NCBI GenBank assembly: GCA_005880165.1
Contig: VBJP01000005.1
Coordinates: 528-36,821, forward strand
Length of the DNA stretch: 36,294 bases
Reading direction: 5' to 3'
Source of the DNA: Chloroflexota bacterium
GTDB taxonomy: Bacteria > Chloroflexota > Limnocylindria > QHBO01
Both the position numbers and the translations under genes were made by a program. Of the stretch, positions 34,582 to 36,294 are shown piece by piece. Positions within the stretch are counted from its first letter, which is position 1, and the number at the start of each line of letters is the position of its first letter. The notes under the pieces are model-generated. The model made no database searches and was not told where the DNA came from. It worked only from the letters and a program-made list of their open reading frames with translations.

Positions 34582-36294
34582 GCGGCGGCAGCAAGCCGCT
34601 CGACGTCGGCAACGGCGCGGCGTGCGCCTCATTTGGCGTCGACGGCAGCTGGCTCTCGATCGGCGGGCTCCACTCCGCGCATGGTTTCGTTGAGCTGAAC
34701 GGCCTGCCGGTATTCGACGAGGCCTGGCGCGGCGACCCTGTCGCAACCCGGCGATATCGCGGCTGGATGACCGAGGACCGCTTCGCGTTCCTGCGGCTGG
34801 AGCTCCCCGGGAGGCCATCCCCGGCGGCCCCAAATCCGCTACGTCCGCGCTGGCTGCTCTCCTCGCCGACCCTCATCGGGGAGGTCGAGGCCTGGGCGGA
34901 TGAGCGCGGATGCGTCCAGCGCCACCGGCTGTCGATACCGCCCGGCACAGACGGGCCTACCGATCTGACACTGCGGTTCCATGGCCGGCTCGACCGCCCG
35001 GCTCTCGCTGAGATCACCGAGGTCAATCCGCCGGCCAGCACGCGGGCGCGGACCCAGCTGGCGGCGAATGGCGACGAACTTCGGGTCGTCGCCACCGCCC
35101 TGCCGGCGTCGGTCCTCCTGACGGTGCGGTGCGATCCGCCGGTGCCGCTCAACTGGCGGCTGACCGACGACGGCGCCGAGCTCGCGATGGTGTGGCCAAA
35201 TGCCAGCCAGCTGACGGTTGAGGTGGTCGGTCAGCTCGATGGGGCGCCGACACCTGCGGGGTTGCCGTCGGCGACGCTCGATGCGCCGATCGTCATCGAT
35301 CCTCGCGCGCTCTTCGTTCCCGATGAGCTCCGCGCCAATCTGGAGGGGATCATCGCGCGGGCGCTCGCCTATGTCCGCGGATGCACGGCACTGAGCCTCA
35401 CCGCTGGCGAACGGGCGATCCTCACCGACCACCGCGTGCTGCCGCTGTCGTGGACGCGCGACGCCTACTACCAGGCGCTGCTGCTGCTGAGCACCGGTTT
35501 GGAGGCGGATACCGCGCTGGTCGAATCGCACCTGCGCTGGCTATGGCTGCGCAATGAGCGGCCCGACGGTCGCTGGCTACGGAGCCACCACGCCAATGGG
35601 AAGCGCAAGGACCTGACCTTCCAGATCGATCAGCAGCTCTATCCGCTGCTCGAACTCGCCGATTGGTGGCGCGCCACTGGTTCGCTGCCGCCAGCCATCG
35701 ACTGGACTCCTTTGGTGGACGTCGCGTGGGACGCCGCGCTTCGCGCGGTGGGGTCACACGGCCGTTCGTGCTCGCCTCCCAGATCGTGTTCTGGTACACG
35801 GCCACTCGCCTCGTGGAGCTCGTGGAGGCGGGCATGCTCAGGCTCGACGCCGACACGCTGGCCGCGCTGGCGGATCGGTCGCGGCGGGCGGTGGCGGCTT
35901 ACCTGGCCGACTCCGGTGGGTGGGCCTATGCGACGGACGCCCGCGGCCAGCGACAGCGCTATCACGACGCGAACGACCTGCCGACCGCCCTCGCTCCGCT
36001 GTGGGGATACTGCTCCAGCGACGATCCGGCCTGGCAGATCACCATGCGGGATGGGCTGTCGCCATCGAACGCAGGCTACTTCGCTGGGCCGTATGGAGGG
36101 TTAGGGTCTCTTCATACGGAAGGTGCCTGGCCGCTCGGGGACGTTCAAGCTTGGATCTTCGCCTCGCTGGCGAAGCGGACCGAGGATGCCGAGTCGGCAG
36201 TGACGCGGCTCTGCGGCATCGCGCTGGATGATGGGATGCTCCCCGAGGCCTATGACCCGGAAACCGGGCTGGTCTCCGCACGCCACTGGTTCGC
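34578..36294 (+). pseudogene. GH125-like (DUF1237, metal-independent alpha-mannosidase family) protein with a roughly 240-aa N-terminal extension; frame broken at about 35757-35762; runs off the right edge
   Basis: GTG at 34578 overlaps the upstream stop (GTGA). Frame 1 carries LSWTRDAYYQ and FQIDQQLYPLLELADWWRATG. My translation of the untracked frame from 35762 reads PFVLASQIVFWYTATRL...HDANDLPTALAPLWGY...GGLGSLHTEGAWPLG...LPEAYDPETGLVSARHWF, which is open to the window end. Confidence 0.65.

Noticed and set aside
1-36294. Mobile element, prophage or genomic island boundaries.
   Set aside because: I found no integrase, transposase, recombinase, phage structural gene, flanking tRNA or long terminal repeat. 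Composition looks uniform apart from short intergenic dips.

Overview
This is a visibly GC-rich chromosomal segment, roughly two-thirds G+C by eye (not computed). Its gene content looks Actinomycetota- or Chloroflexota-like: DUF3090, a DinB-fold protein, a group-I truncated haemoglobin, LigD and lipobox lipoproteins. I can support about 30 protein-coding genes. I found no rRNA, tRNA, CRISPR array, transposase or integrase.

Gene order, left to right:
- J-domain protein (runs off the left edge), a sulfide:quinone oxidoreductase (SQR)-like flavoprotein, and a DUF72 protein.
- A 1079-aa Zn-ribbon/class III cyclase/STAND/TPR protein.
- A lipoprotein, then an OmpR-type two-component pair.
- A roughly 1160-aa protein combining a Cas4-like nuclease, a DEDD exonuclease and an SF1B helicase.
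- msrB, then a Tat-signal surface protein with an acidic tandem-repeat region.
- A SolA-like oxidase, DUF3090 and an XRE-TPR regulator.
- LigD with domain order phosphoesterase (PE)-ligase-polymerase.
- A PRC-barrel protein and a HAD hydrolase.
- A translationally coupled trio: class-V aminotransferase, pdxH and a PfkB-family kinase.
- A stand-alone cNMP-binding protein, trHbN, and a second cyclase-STAND-TPR protein (882 aa).
- A DinB-fold protein and a small orphan gene.
- A CUT1-type sugar ABC operon, divergent from an AraR-like GntR/LacI chimeric regulator with a perfect 20-bp palindromic operator between them.
- A nitrilase-superfamily hydrolase and an N-terminally extended GH125-like glycosidase (runs off the right edge).

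The most interesting signals:
1. Two nucleotide-cyclase/STAND/TPR proteins built on different STAND clades. One sits beside a stand-alone cNMP-binding protein and a globin.
2. The triple nuclease-exonuclease-helicase polypeptide.
3. Four genes whose reading frames are broken as sequenced. Three of these have lost conserved residues and carry plus-strand CACGG at the junction.

Every functional call rests on motif recognition by eye from the translations. No database search was possible.
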